This document shows, in pieces, positions 50,443-60,375 of a stretch of DNA of 64,000 bases. The stretch spans positions 18,792 through 82,791 of the forward strand of contig CBDETP010000003.1 of NCBI GenBank assembly GCA_965242995.1. Reading direction: 5' to 3'. The stretch is from Coxiellales bacterium (GTDB taxonomy: Bacteria > Pseudomonadota > Gammaproteobacteria > CBDETP01). The notes under the pieces are model-generated. The model was given only the letters and a program-made list of their open reading frames with translations. It was not told the DNA's origin and did no database searches. Numbering within the stretch: the stretch's first letter is position 1; each line of letters opens with the position of its first letter. The position numbers were made by a program, and so were the translations under genes.

Positions 50443-50478
50443 CCCCAGTATTCTAGAATACTGGGGGTAAGTTTTTTT
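50443..50478. terminator. Perfect 24-bp palindrome (ccccagtattctagaatactgggg) followed by a T7 run. Strong bidirectional terminator or protein-binding site.
   Basis: Direct reading. A G/C-clamped 12-bp stem, T-run on the + side and A-run on the other side. Confidence 0.55.
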
Positions 50479-50923
50479 AGTTAATTTTCTCTATATGGTT
50501 TCAATTGAAAATAAAATTCTTAATTACACTATTCATTATTAAAATTCAACGACAGTTTTTTCAGAAAAATCAGGCTATGTTAAGAGGCAAAAGTTGGAGC
50601 GCTTTTTGCCGGACTTTTGTCTGCGCCGGTGTAAATCACTTGTTTTTTGAGGAAGTAAATAACCAGCCGATTGAAAAATATTTTTTATTTAGATTTGTTT
50701 TTTATCATTATCATATGGTTGGGTTTTTTTTAAAGGAACGTCAGGGTGCAAAAAAGCTTAGGATGATGGCAAAAAATAGTTATTTATGTGGCGGATTTTG
50801 TTTATTTTTAAATGGAGAAGAATCTTTTAAAAAACGTTTATTTTCAATATTTTGTGTAAATTCTCAGGCAAACGATAGTACTATTTACTATACTTTCTTT
50901 GAGTAAAAAAAAGGAGGTATGCC

Positions 50924-51109
50924 ATGATCACTTTTTCAGTCTTGACGACAGTTGCTTTTGTGTTGTTGTGGTTTTCATTGGTGGGTCGTTTGTTTTTCAA
51001 GAAAGGCCCAACGACGTCTGTTTTAAGTCCCGCGCATAATTGTGGCTTGGCTTTATTTGTCTCTGTTGCGTTAATCCTGCTGGTTGTCTCAGTGTGGATT
51101 TTTATATGA
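50924..51109 (+). CDS. Small (61 aa) two-TM membrane protein.
   Basis: Strong SD (AAGGAGGT) 6 nt upstream of the ATG. Two hydrophobic helices. Confidence 0.4.
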   Translation: MITFSVLTTVAFVLLWFSLVGRLFFKKGPTTSVLSPAHNCGLALFVSVALILLVVSVWIFI

Positions 51110-51209
51110 TGGTTGAGTGGTGGGCATGATAATTTTTCATGTTTTTTTAAAAGGATTTTTTTAACTTTAAGGTAGTTGAAATTAAAAATACATAAATAGC
51201 GAGGTTATT

Positions 51210-51419
51210 ATGAAAATTAAAAAAATAGGGTTATTTTTAGGGGGTATAGTACTTATGCTTGGTTTAGCTGGTTGTTCTAGTACTCAAAAGGGAGCCGCGA
51301 TTGGTGGTGGCGCAGGTGCTATTATTGGTGGATTAGCGACAAACAGTGTTGCTGGTGCTGCTATTGGTGGTGTTGGTGGTGCTTTAGTTGGTGGCGCGAT
51401 TGGACATGGCCAAAGATAG
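51210..51419 (+). CDS. OsmB-like glycine-zipper lipoprotein.
   Basis: Lipobox LAGC followed by GAAIGGGAGAIIGG...GAAIGGVGGALVGGAIGH. Closely resembles E. coli OsmB and the glycine-zipper 2TM family. Confidence 0.6.
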   Translation: MKIKKIGLFLGGIVLMLGLAGCSSTQKGAAIGGGAGAIIGGLATNSVAGAAIGGVGGALVGGAIGHGQR

Positions 51420-51487
51420 TGAAATTTAGTTAGCCAAGGATGGCTATATTTTTGTATTGCAAAGTGTGCAGGGATTAAGCGCTTATT

Positions 51488-52234
51488 TTAAGTCCATATG
51501 GCAACAATAGCCATTATAATAAATCCAACGACAACAAAAGAAAATTTACTAAGGCTGCAGCATTGTTTAATCATCACGGATTTTTCTAGGCCGTGCAGCG
51601 TACCTAAATATAGGAAAGTACCCGAGGCAAGCGATGAGAAAATTGGCTCTATCATGGGATTACTATTTAAATGCACGGTGGCTTCATTTCCAAGGATGAT
51701 TCCTAATGGGACCATTAAGGCAAAGATTGCAAATAATAGAATGCCCATTTTAATACTTAAATTACTTTTATTGATTTGCACCGCAAGCGAGAAGCTTGCA
51801 GCCCACTTGTGTGCAAGAATAGCAAGTAAAATAATAACACCCATGCTTAAAGACTGTGTTAAACCTAGTGCGGCACCTGCCAGAAAGCTGTGAATCGATA
51901 GCATAATGACCGCAAGAATCGCAAAAGCGTTGCTGCTGCCTTGGTGGTGGTAGATCTCTTTGCCGATGTGCTCAAGTAATAAGAAAAATAAGAAGGTGCC
52001 TCCAGCGAGTAAAAAGGCGATGGGGTAGTCAAAATGGAGCTGGTAAAAGCCTTGAGAGGCATCACCAAGCATGTGAATCAAGCCAGCACCAAGAAACACG
52101 CCTGCTGCGAGTGATTCGCCAATAGGGAAGTCGTAGCCTTGTTGGCTCTGCATCTTTTTAATAAATGGGTAGGCGCCAGATAAAACAGTAACGACAAGTA
52201 CAAGTAGTAGGCTGGTGATTTCAAATGCACTCAT
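51488..52234 (-). CDS. ZIP-family (ZupT-like) divalent metal transporter candidate.
   Basis: 248 aa, about 8 TM. His-containing motifs HSFLAGAALG and AHKWAASFSLA sit at positions analogous to the ZIP HxxxEG/HE signatures. Confidence 0.45.
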   Translation of the reverse strand: MSAFEITSLLLVLVVTVLSGAYPFIKKMQSQQGYDFPIGESLAAGVFLGAGLIHMLGDASQGFYQLHFDYPIAFLLAGGTFLFFLLLEHIGKEIYHHQGSSNAFAILAVIMLSIHSFLAGAALGLTQSLSMGVIILLAILAHKWAASFSLAVQINKSNLSIKMGILLFAIFALMVPLGIILGNEATVHLNSNPMIEPIFSSLASGTFLYLGTLHGLEKSVMIKQCCSLSKFSFVVVGFIIMAIVAIWT

Positions 52235-52495
52235 GGGCTAAAATCCTTGTGGGCGGGTAGGAGACTTTTTTAATCTTATTGCGTTGCTCTTGTCAAGTAT
52301 TTTACTTGGAAGAGACGTTTTTCTGTTCAATATGTACGCTGAGGTTTTTATTAACCGTTTGATTTTATTTAATAAAATATTTATTTGGTTAATGCTTGAG
52401 CTCTTGCTCAGGATTGATTAGAATGTCGTGTTTTTTTAAATTAATCCTTGCTCTACTAGTTTGGCTAGAAGGGCTACAATCCATGAGGAGATTCT

Positions 52496-52903
52496 ATGCG
52501 ACATTATGAAATCGTATTCTTAGTTCATCCTGACCAAAGCAGTCAGGTTCCCGGCATGACTGATCGTTACAAAGCCACTATTCAAGATGCCGGCGGTAAG
52601 GTCCACCGTTTAGAAGATTGGGGCAGACGCCAGTTAGCTTATCCTATTAAGAAGGTGCATAAGGCACATTATGTCTTAATGAATATCGAGTGCGAAAAAG
52701 AAGTGGTTGATGAATTGACCAATGCTTTTCGCTATAACGATGCTATTTTGCGTAATCTAGTTCTTGTGAAAAAACAGGCAGAAACCAAGCCATCAATTAT
52801 GCTGCAAAATGCTAATAAGCCTGCAAGACGACCAAGGTATGAAAAGCCAGCAGATAAAGCACCACGTGCTGAGCCAGCAACTAAAGCGGCAGCTGACGAG
52901 TAA
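52496..52903 (+). CDS. rpsF: 30S ribosomal protein S6.
   Basis: [15 protein letters not shown]-terminus and an acidic C-terminus. Confidence 0.9.
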   Translation: MRHYEIVFLVHPDQSSQVPGMTDRYKATIQDAGGKVHRLEDWGRRQLAYPIKKVHKAHYVLMNIECEKEVVDELTNAFRYNDAILRNLVLVKKQAETKPSIMLQNANKPARRPRYEKPADKAPRAEPATKAAADE

Positions 52904-52931
52904 TTAATTTTAATTTAAGAGGATTTTAAAG

Positions 52932-53141
52932 ATGGCATATTATAAACCACAAAAGCAAAGCATCACGGGTGTTGTTGATTACAAAGACATTGATGTATTG
53001 AAAAATTTTATTATGGAAACAGGACGCATTGTACCTGCTCGCATCACTGGCGCGACGGCTTTACAACAGCGCCAATTGACTGGGGCAATTAAACTGGCCC
53101 GTTACTTGTCTTTGTTACCCTACTGCGATAGCCACGATTAA
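52932..53141 (+). CDS. rpsR: 30S ribosomal protein S18.
   Basis: [12 protein letters not shown]...[10 protein letters not shown] motif. Follows rpsF directly, with no priB. Confidence 0.9.
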   Translation: MAYYKPQKQSITGVVDYKDIDVLKNFIMETGRIVPARITGATALQQRQLTGAIKLARYLSLLPYCDSHD

Positions 53142-53158
53142 TAGGTGATTGTCATATT

Positions 53159-54061
53159 ATGCTAACCAAGGCCGCACAATTTTTATTAAAAAATAATACT
53201 AATGCCGCATTTGTGGCATTGCTGTTTGCTTTGTTCCCTTTTGTTAATTTACCGTTGGGTGGTTTTTTTGCTGCTCTTATTGTTGGTTTAGTAACGCTGC
53301 AAAAGGGTGCTAAGGACGGCTTTGTTATTCTTTTATGGGTAGCACTGCCCGTTACTGCGCTGTTGTTGTTGAAGCGAATTGGCTTGTTTGACATGCTCTT
53401 TTTGCGTTGTGTCTTGGTTTGGTTGTTTGCGATTGTTTTGTCAAAAAAGCATGGCTGGGTCCCAGTTTTAGCGCTCTCACTGTTGTTAGGCTTTATTGCT
53501 GTTATGGTGTTGCACTTTGTTTTAGGTGACCCAAGTGCCTGGTGGCTGCATAAGTTTCAAGGTTATTTGAATGTGGCACAGCAGGCTGGAGAGTTACAGG
53601 TAACACAACAAGAAATAAATCATGCCATGGGCTTGTTAGCGCCAGTGGCATCAGGTTTGGTTGTATTAGGTGTTTCCTTCAGCACACTTTTTGTGTTGAT
53701 TTTTGCTCGAGCATGGCAGTCGCATGTTTATTTCCCTGGTACTTTTAAGCAGGAAATTACACATATAAGGTTGGGCTATATTGCATTAGGCTTGATTGCA
53801 TTAAATGTTGTTGGGGCGGCGCTTGGCAGTAAAATGTTATTGGATTTTTTGCCAGTGTTGTCTTTTCCTTTCTTTGTGGCTGGGCTAAGTTTATTGCATT
53901 GTTTGGCGGGCAGGCGAAAATTGTTTTTAGGATTGCTGTTTTTGTCATACGCAATGCTAGTTTTTTTGCCGTTTTTTGCTTTGGTCGTTTGGTTTGTGGC
54001 AGCAGTAGCAGACTGTTGTTTTGATGTGCGAGCTCGAGAGCTTGTGAAAGATGAAAAATAA
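53159..54061 (+). CDS. Polytopic inner-membrane protein (DUF2232/YybS-like) located between rpsR and rplI.
   Basis: 300 aa, about 8 TM. The position mirrors B. subtilis yybS between rpsR and rplI. Confidence 0.45.
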   Translation: MLTKAAQFLLKNNTNAAFVALLFALFPFVNLPLGGFFAALIVGLVTLQKGAKDGFVILLWVALPVTALLLLKRIGLFDMLFLRCVLVWLFAIVLSKKHGWVPVLALSLLLGFIAVMVLHFVLGDPSAWWLHKFQGYLNVAQQAGELQVTQQEINHAMGLLAPVASGLVVLGVSFSTLFVLIFARAWQSHVYFPGTFKQEITHIRLGYIALGLIALNVVGAALGSKMLLDFLPVLSFPFFVAGLSLLHCLAGRRKLFLGLLFLSYAMLVFLPFFALVVWFVAAVADCCFDVRARELVKDEK

Positions 54062-54071
54062 GAGGATAAAA

Positions 54072-54524
54072 ATGAAAGTTATTTTACTTGAGAAAGTGGT
54101 TAATTTGGGTGGTATTGGTGATCAGGTGAATGTGAAGTCTGGTTATGGTCGTAATTATTTATTGCCTTATGGTAAAGCTATTGCAGCAACAGCTGCGAAT
54201 GTTGCTGAGTTTGAAGGTCGCCGTGCTGAATTAGATAAAAAAGCAGTAGAAAAGCTAGCACAAGCACAGAAAGCAGCAGAGCAATTGCAAGCTTTAACGG
54301 TAATTAGCATTGCTGTGAAGGCAAGTGAAGAAGGCCGGTTGTTCGGTTCTGTTTCTAATCGTGAAATTGCCAATGCATTAACGGCTGCGGGTGTTGAAGT
54401 GTTGAAAGGCCAAATTGATATAGCAGAGCCTATCCACGCAACAGGCGACTATGAAGTGCAGGTAAGATTGCATACAGATGTTGTTGTGACTGTTAAGTTT
54501 TCTGTCGTTAGTGAAGAAGGCTAA
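54072..54524 (+). CDS. rplI: 50S ribosomal protein L9.
   Basis: MKVILLEKVVNLGGIGDQVNVKSGYGRNYLLP. The start is ATG 54072 after AAGAGGA. The track ORF starts 7 codons upstream. Confidence 0.9.
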   Translation: MKVILLEKVVNLGGIGDQVNVKSGYGRNYLLPYGKAIAATAANVAEFEGRRAELDKKAVEKLAQAQKAAEQLQALTVISIAVKASEEGRLFGSVSNREIANALTAAGVEVLKGQIDIAEPIHATGDYEVQVRLHTDVVVTVKFSVVSEEG

Positions 54525-54546
54525 ATAATAATAAGGAGTTTTTGCA

Positions 54547-55926
54547 ATGGGGGTAGCTAATAAAAAGTCTATGGCTAAAGCAAAAACTCCGCCACACTCT
54601 AATGAAGCAGAGCAATCTGTTTTAGGAGCATTGTTAATTGATAATCGTGCTTGGGATCGTATTGCAAGCACGATTAATGAAAGTGATTTTTATGCTTACG
54701 GGCACCAGCTAATTTTTCAAGCAATTGCTAAGCTTTATGAGAATCACACTCCTTTTGATGTGCTAACAGTGTCTGAGACATTGAAAGTGCATAATCAGCT
54801 TGATGTCGTTGGTGGCGAGGTTTATTTGTTTGAGTTAGCCAATAATACTCCCAGTGCCGCTAATATTATGGCTTATGCTGAAATTGTTCATGAGCGCTCG
54901 GTGCTTAGGCAGCTGATTGAAACAGGAACGGATATTGCGGATAAAGCCTTTCATCCAGGCGAGTTTGAACCACAAGAGTTATTAGACCAAGCTGAACAGC
55001 TGGTTTTTGGTATTGCTGAAAAACACAGTCGTGGTTCTGGCCCTGTTGCCATTTCAAAATTATTAAAAACGACTACGGAAAAAATTGATCAGCTCCATCA
55101 AATGAAGGGAAGTATTACTGGAACTTCGACGGGCTTTAAAGATTTAGACAATATGACATCAGGGTTGCAAAACGGCGATTTAATTATTGTGGCGGGTAGG
55201 CCTTCAATGGGGAAAACCGTTTTTTCTGTTAACTTGGCAGAAGAGGCGGCAATGAAAGGCGATAAGCCGGTTCTTATCTTTAGTTTGGAAATGCCGGCTG
55301 AGGCAATTACCATGCGGATGATGTCTTCATTGGGTCGTATCGATCAGCATAAAATTCGCTCTGGTCAGCTAACAGATGATGACTGGCCTCGAATTACTTC
55401 TGCCGTTAGTATGCTATCACAAGCCAAATTGTATATTGATGATACGCCTGCACTAACACCAACCGAGCTTAGAGCAAGAGCGCGCCGAGTCGCTCGTGAG
55501 CATGGTGGTTTGGGTTTAATTGTAATTGATTACTTGCAATTAATGCAGTCGGCTCGAGCAAAAGAAAATAGGGCCACTGAAATTTCTGAAATATCGCGTT
55601 CATTAAAGGCATTAGCAAAAGAATTAAATGTGCCTGTAGTTGCTGCATCACAACTAAACCGTAGTTTAGAGCAACGTCCAGATAAAAGGCCTATCATGTC
55701 AGATTTGCGTGAATCGGGTGCTATTGAGCAAGATGCCGATATTATTGCTTTTATTTATCGTGATGAGGTATATAACGAAGATAGCCCTAGTAAAGGTGTT
55801 GCAGAAATCATTATTGGTAAACACCGTAATGGGCCGATAGGAACAGTTCGATTAACATTCTTTGGTCGCTTTACGCGTTTTGAGAACTTGAGTCATGATG
55901 AGGTTTCTTCGGGGGCTTTTGTGTGA
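54547..55926 (+). CDS. dnaB: Replicative DNA helicase.
   Basis: Walker A GRPSMGKT and the RecA-like C-terminal domain. 459 aa, following rplI. Confidence 0.95.
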   Translation: MGVANKKSMAKAKTPPHSNEAEQSVLGALLIDNRAWDRIASTINESDFYAYGHQLIFQAIAKLYENHTPFDVLTVSETLKVHNQLDVVGGEVYLFELANNTPSAANIMAYAEIVHERSVLRQLIETGTDIADKAFHPGEFEPQELLDQAEQLVFGIAEKHSRGSGPVAISKLLKTTTEKIDQLHQMKGSITGTSTGFKDLDNMTSGLQNGDLIIVAGRPSMGKTVFSVNLAEEAAMKGDKPVLIFSLEMPAEAITMRMMSSLGRIDQHKIRSGQLTDDDWPRITSAVSMLSQAKLYIDDTPALTPTELRARARRVAREHGGLGLIVIDYLQLMQSARAKENRATEISEISRSLKALAKELNVPVVAASQLNRSLEQRPDKRPIMSDLRESGAIEQDADIIAFIYRDEVYNEDSPSKGVAEIIIGKHRNGPIGTVRLTFFGRFTRFENLSHDEVSSGAFV

Positions 55927-56987
55927 TTCGTCGAGCGATTGTTGATATTGATTTAGCGGCATTAAAGCATAATTTTTCTTGTATTCAGTCTGCCCTACAA
56001 GGGCAAAAAATTTTAGCAATGATTAAGGCCGATGCTTATGGCCATGGTATGTTGCAAGTAGCAAGGGCCTTGACGGCAGCAGATGCTTTTGGTGTTGCAA
56101 CGGTTGGCGAAGCTGTTTTTTTGCAGCAAAAATTATCTTTATCTCAACCTGTTGTTGTGATGGCTGGATTTCAAGATTTGGCAGAGCTGAAATTGTGTGA
56201 GGAATATCAGTTGCAGTGTGTGATTCATTGTAAAGAGCAGCTAGATATTTTAGCAGCGGCCAAATTAAAAAACCCTTTGCGCATTTGGTTGAAGATTGAT
56301 ACGGGTATGCACCGTTTAGGATTTTACCTTAGTGATGCTGTTGATGTTTATGAATTATTATTGAAAAAAAAATACATACAGTCTCCTATTGGATTAATGA
56401 CACATTTAGCTTGTGCTGGTGAAGAAAAAGATAGCATGAGCGAAAAGCAGTTACAGCTGTTTGAATCTATTGCTAGTAAATATAATGCGCCGTGCAGTGT
56501 GGGTAATTCCGTTTGTATTTTACGGTATCCTACTTTTTTGAAAGATTGGATTCGTCCGGGCTTAATGCTGTATGGTGTCCAGCCCTTTTCAATAGACAGA
56601 AGTTTAGCATTACAGCCGGTCATGACTTTTAAAGCGCCAATAATGGCAATAAAGCAGTTAGTCGAAGGTGATGCCGTGGGTTATGGTGCAACATGGACAA
56701 GTGATAAGAACAGAAAAATAGCGATTGTTGGGGCCGGTTACGGTGATGGTTATCCTCAGCAAGCACCATCAGGAACCCCTGTGGTTGTCAATGGACAGCG
56801 AGCTTTAACTGTGGGGCGTGTGTCTATGGATATGCTTGTTATTGATGTCACGAATGTTAACGGTGTTGTGCGTATTGGTGATATGGTCGAGCTGTGGGGA
56901 AAAGAATTGCCCATTGACGAGCTTGCTGACCAGCTTGGCATGCTGTCTTATGAGTTGCTTTGTCGTGCTAAGACAGGTGAAAAATAA
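55923..56987 (+). CDS. alr: Alanine racemase.
   Basis: PLP-lysine motif (AMIKADAYGHG). GTG start overlapping the dnaB stop (GTGA). Confidence 0.9.
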   Translation: MIRRAIVDIDLAALKHNFSCIQSALQGQKILAMIKADAYGHGMLQVARALTAADAFGVATVGEAVFLQQKLSLSQPVVVMAGFQDLAELKLCEEYQLQCVIHCKEQLDILAAAKLKNPLRIWLKIDTGMHRLGFYLSDAVDVYELLLKKKYIQSPIGLMTHLACAGEEKDSMSEKQLQLFESIASKYNAPCSVGNSVCILRYPTFLKDWIRPGLMLYGVQPFSIDRSLALQPVMTFKAPIMAIKQLVEGDAVGYGATWTSDKNRKIAIVGAGYGDGYPQQAPSGTPVVVNGQRALTVGRVSMDMLVIDVTNVNGVVRIGDMVELWGKELPIDELADQLGMLSYELLCRAKTGEK

Positions 56988-57157
56988 GACTTTGTGTTTT
57001 TCTTATTCAGTTAGTTATGTTTTTTTTAAGAGTTCCCCGTAACTGATTGATCTTCTAAAAGCAGTTGTAGAAAGTTTCTTGGCTTTTTGCTATAGTATTT
57101 TTCGTAAATTTGCTTTATTGAGTTTATTTCCAAAATATTAATGTTTAAAGGATACAC

Positions 57158-58462
57158 ATGAAATTACGTGGATGGATGATTTGTTTTTTAGCGGCTTTGT
57201 TTTACTCGTATGAGTATTTGCTAAGAATTGAGCCAAGTGTTTTAACAGTAGTTTTAAAAGATTTTTATGGTTTGAGTTTTGCTGGTTTAGGGCTGTTGTC
57301 TAGTGCTTATTATTTTGCTTACTCTCCACTGCAGCTAGGTGTTGGGGTTATTTTAGATAAATTTGGTCCAAGAAAAACCTTAATCATTGCTTTGTTTGCT
57401 TGTATATTGGGTAGTTTTATTTTTTCTTTAACGCACCTTTATTCTTTTGCGCTTGCTGGTCGATTTTTGATTGGGGCTGGGAGTGCTTTTGCTTTTGTTG
57501 GAGCTTTAAAGCTTGCTGCGGTATGGTTGCCGGAGAAATATTTCGGCTTTTTTGCAGGTGTTGTGACGGCTCTGGGTATGCTGGGTGCAATTTCCGCAGA
57601 TACATTATTGAGTTACTTTGTTCGAGAAATTGGTTGGCATAAAGTGCTTGTTGGCGCTACTTTTTTTGGTGTGATTTTATTGATTCTGTTTTTTGCCTTT
57701 TTAAAAGATGTGCCTGAAGAAAGGCGTTATAAGCGATTTTATAAGTTGGTTAAGCACTCTTCTTCTGATTTTCCAAATCAATCTACTTCTGTTATATCCG
57801 CTTTTATTCGAATTGCTAAATCACCCCAGCTTTGGCTTTGTGGGTTTGTTGCTTCTTTCTTATATTTATCCTTGTCAATTTTTGCAGAAATGTGGGCGGT
57901 GCCATTCATTAACAGTTGGGGGGGCAAGTTTGTTAGTAATTGGATGAGTTTGCCGTTAGAGGTGCATTCTACGATCGTTAGCTTTGTTTTTGTGGGCTGG
58001 TTGGTTGGTGCGCCAGTTATGGGGCTACTATCTGGTTACGTTAAAGAAAGACGCTTTTTGTTGATGGCCGGTTCTGTATTGTCGACCGTTTTTATTTGTA
58101 TTGTAATGTATGGTGGTCTTACTACGGTTTGGTCTATGGAGTTAACTCTGTTTTTGTTTGGCTTCTTCAACAGTGTTCAGGTAACGTGTTTTGCTTTCGC
58201 TCGTTTTTTTGTTACAAAACGTTATGCAGCAACAGCCATTGCGTTTGTTAATTTTTTAGTGATGCTTTTACCGTCATTCTTTCAACCATTGGTTGGTAAA
58301 ATTATTGATTGGGCGTGGACAGGTGGTGTTTCTGAAGGAGTTAAGTTTTATAAATTTTCAACGATGCAGCATGCGCTGATTATTCTGCCAATTGGTTTTG
58401 TGTTAGCTACCTTTTTAGCTTTTTTTCTTAAAAAACCTGTGGCTCATAAGAAAGGATTATAA
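57158..58462 (+). CDS. MFS transporter.
   Basis: 434 aa, 12 TM, with an MFS signature loop region (GRFLIGAGSAFAFV). Confidence 0.7.
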   Translation: MKLRGWMICFLAALFYSYEYLLRIEPSVLTVVLKDFYGLSFAGLGLLSSAYYFAYSPLQLGVGVILDKFGPRKTLIIALFACILGSFIFSLTHLYSFALAGRFLIGAGSAFAFVGALKLAAVWLPEKYFGFFAGVVTALGMLGAISADTLLSYFVREIGWHKVLVGATFFGVILLILFFAFLKDVPEERRYKRFYKLVKHSSSDFPNQSTSVISAFIRIAKSPQLWLCGFVASFLYLSLSIFAEMWAVPFINSWGGKFVSNWMSLPLEVHSTIVSFVFVGWLVGAPVMGLLSGYVKERRFLLMAGSVLSTVFICIVMYGGLTTVWSMELTLFLFGFFNSVQVTCFAFARFFVTKRYAATAIAFVNFLVMLLPSFFQPLVGKIIDWAWTGGVSEGVKFYKFSTMQHALIILPIGFVLATFLAFFLKKPVAHKKGL

Positions 58463-58466
58463 GAGA

Positions 58467-58703
58467 ATGAAAAATAGTTCAACACGTCATTTACAGTGGA
58501 AATGTCGGCGAGGCATGCTTGAGATTGACTTGCTGTTGGAGGAATTTTTGGATAATGGTTATGCGCAATTGTCAGCGCATGAGCAAAAAGCATTTGAATT
58601 ATTGTTAGAAAGTCCTGATCCGGTTTTGTTTGATTGGTTGCTAGGTAGTGAAGTGCCAGAGAATAAAGAGACTTTGCAATTAATAGGAAAAATTAGAGCT
58701 TAG
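58467..58703 (+). CDS. sdhE: SdhE/YgfY-family FAD assembly factor.
   Basis: 78 aa with RRGMLEIDLLL...F conserved motif. Confidence 0.7.
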   Translation: MKNSSTRHLQWKCRRGMLEIDLLLEEFLDNGYAQLSAHEQKAFELLLESPDPVLFDWLLGSEVPENKETLQLIGKIRA

Positions 58704-58734
58704 GTGTTGGTGAAGCCAATTTATGTTCTTTGGT

Positions 58735-59772
58735 TTATTGCTTCATTTCATTTAAGCGAGATAATGTTCGCTTGAAGGGTTTTTTAAATCGACCTTCGGG
58801 ATAAATGTCAGTAAGCGCTAGCTTAGGATCTAAATATATTTTTATATTTTGATCGTATAAAACATCAATTAACTTAATGAAGTTTGTTGCAAAGTGGTGC
58901 TGGTTCGGCTTAATGGTAATCAAGTTATCCAGTAAAATAACTTTGTATTTTTCACAAATAGCTAGGTAGTCCTGATAGGATCTTGGGATGTTACACAGCG
59001 CTATAAAATCAATCCAAATAACATCACCGGCTTGCGCAACTATTTTAACGGGGCGTTGATAAATAATCAGTGGCTGGTTGTCTTTTTCTAATCCCAAAGC
59101 AAGCTGATTAAATTTTTCCTTAAGTGATGTGACTGATGTTTTTTTTGTGCCTGGTTTTTTTTTCGTTCGGTAATCTTTCTGCTGGTTAAGATGGCAGATG
59201 TGAAGTTTCTCTTTAAGCCAGGCGATAGCGGGTAAAAAACGCTGTCGTTGCAGGCCGCCTTGATACAAATCATCTGGGGCTAAGTTGGCAGTGGTGATAA
59301 TAAATACGTTTCTTTTATGTAGAGCTTTAAGGATACCTGAAAGAATCATGGCGTTACTGATGTCCTTGACTAAAAACTCATCTAGAGCCAGCAGCCGTGT
59401 TTTTTTTGCTATGTCATTGGCAATAATCTCGAGTGGGTTTTCTTCTGCTTTAAGCGCAAACATTTGCTGATGAATGTTTGCCATAAACTGGTGGAAGTGT
59501 GTTCTTAAGCGTAATTCACTTGGTAGACATCGACAAAGGCAGTCAATTAATAACGTTTTCCCTATGCCGACATCACCCCATAAGTAAACGCCTTGCGGCC
59601 GTTTGTTTGGCATAAGCTGCCAGGTGAGGCGGGTCAAAAAAGGCTTTTGTTTTATCTGGTGAATGGCTGCAAAAATATCATCGAGTAAGGGGAGGATATT
59701 TTCTTGCTCTGAGTTAGCCTCTATTTGTTTGTTGATTACAAGTTGCTGGTAATAGTCGCTAGGTTTAATCAT
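58735..59772 (-). CDS. zapE: AFG1-like ATPase ZapE.
   Basis: Walker A GVYLWGDVGIGKTLL and Walker B LLALDEF. Confidence 0.8.
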   Translation of the reverse strand: MIKPSDYYQQLVINKQIEANSEQENILPLLDDIFAAIHQIKQKPFLTRLTWQLMPNKRPQGVYLWGDVGIGKTLLIDCLCRCLPSELRLRTHFHQFMANIHQQMFALKAEENPLEIIANDIAKKTRLLALDEFLVKDISNAMILSGILKALHKRNVFIITTANLAPDDLYQGGLQRQRFLPAIAWLKEKLHICHLNQQKDYRTKKKPGTKKTSVTSLKEKFNQLALGLEKDNQPLIIYQRPVKIVAQAGDVIWIDFIALCNIPRSYQDYLAICEKYKVILLDNLITIKPNQHHFATNFIKLIDVLYDQNIKIYLDPKLALTDIYPEGRFKKPFKRTLSRLNEMKQ

Positions 59773-59778
59773 GATAAT

Positions 59779-60375
<597 letters not shown>

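Noticed and set aside
50505..50906. 133-aa ORF in the AT-rich spacer.
   Set aside because: It has no RBS, extreme AT content, low-complexity translation, and sits in the promoter/terminator-rich spacer. Most likely a chance ORF.
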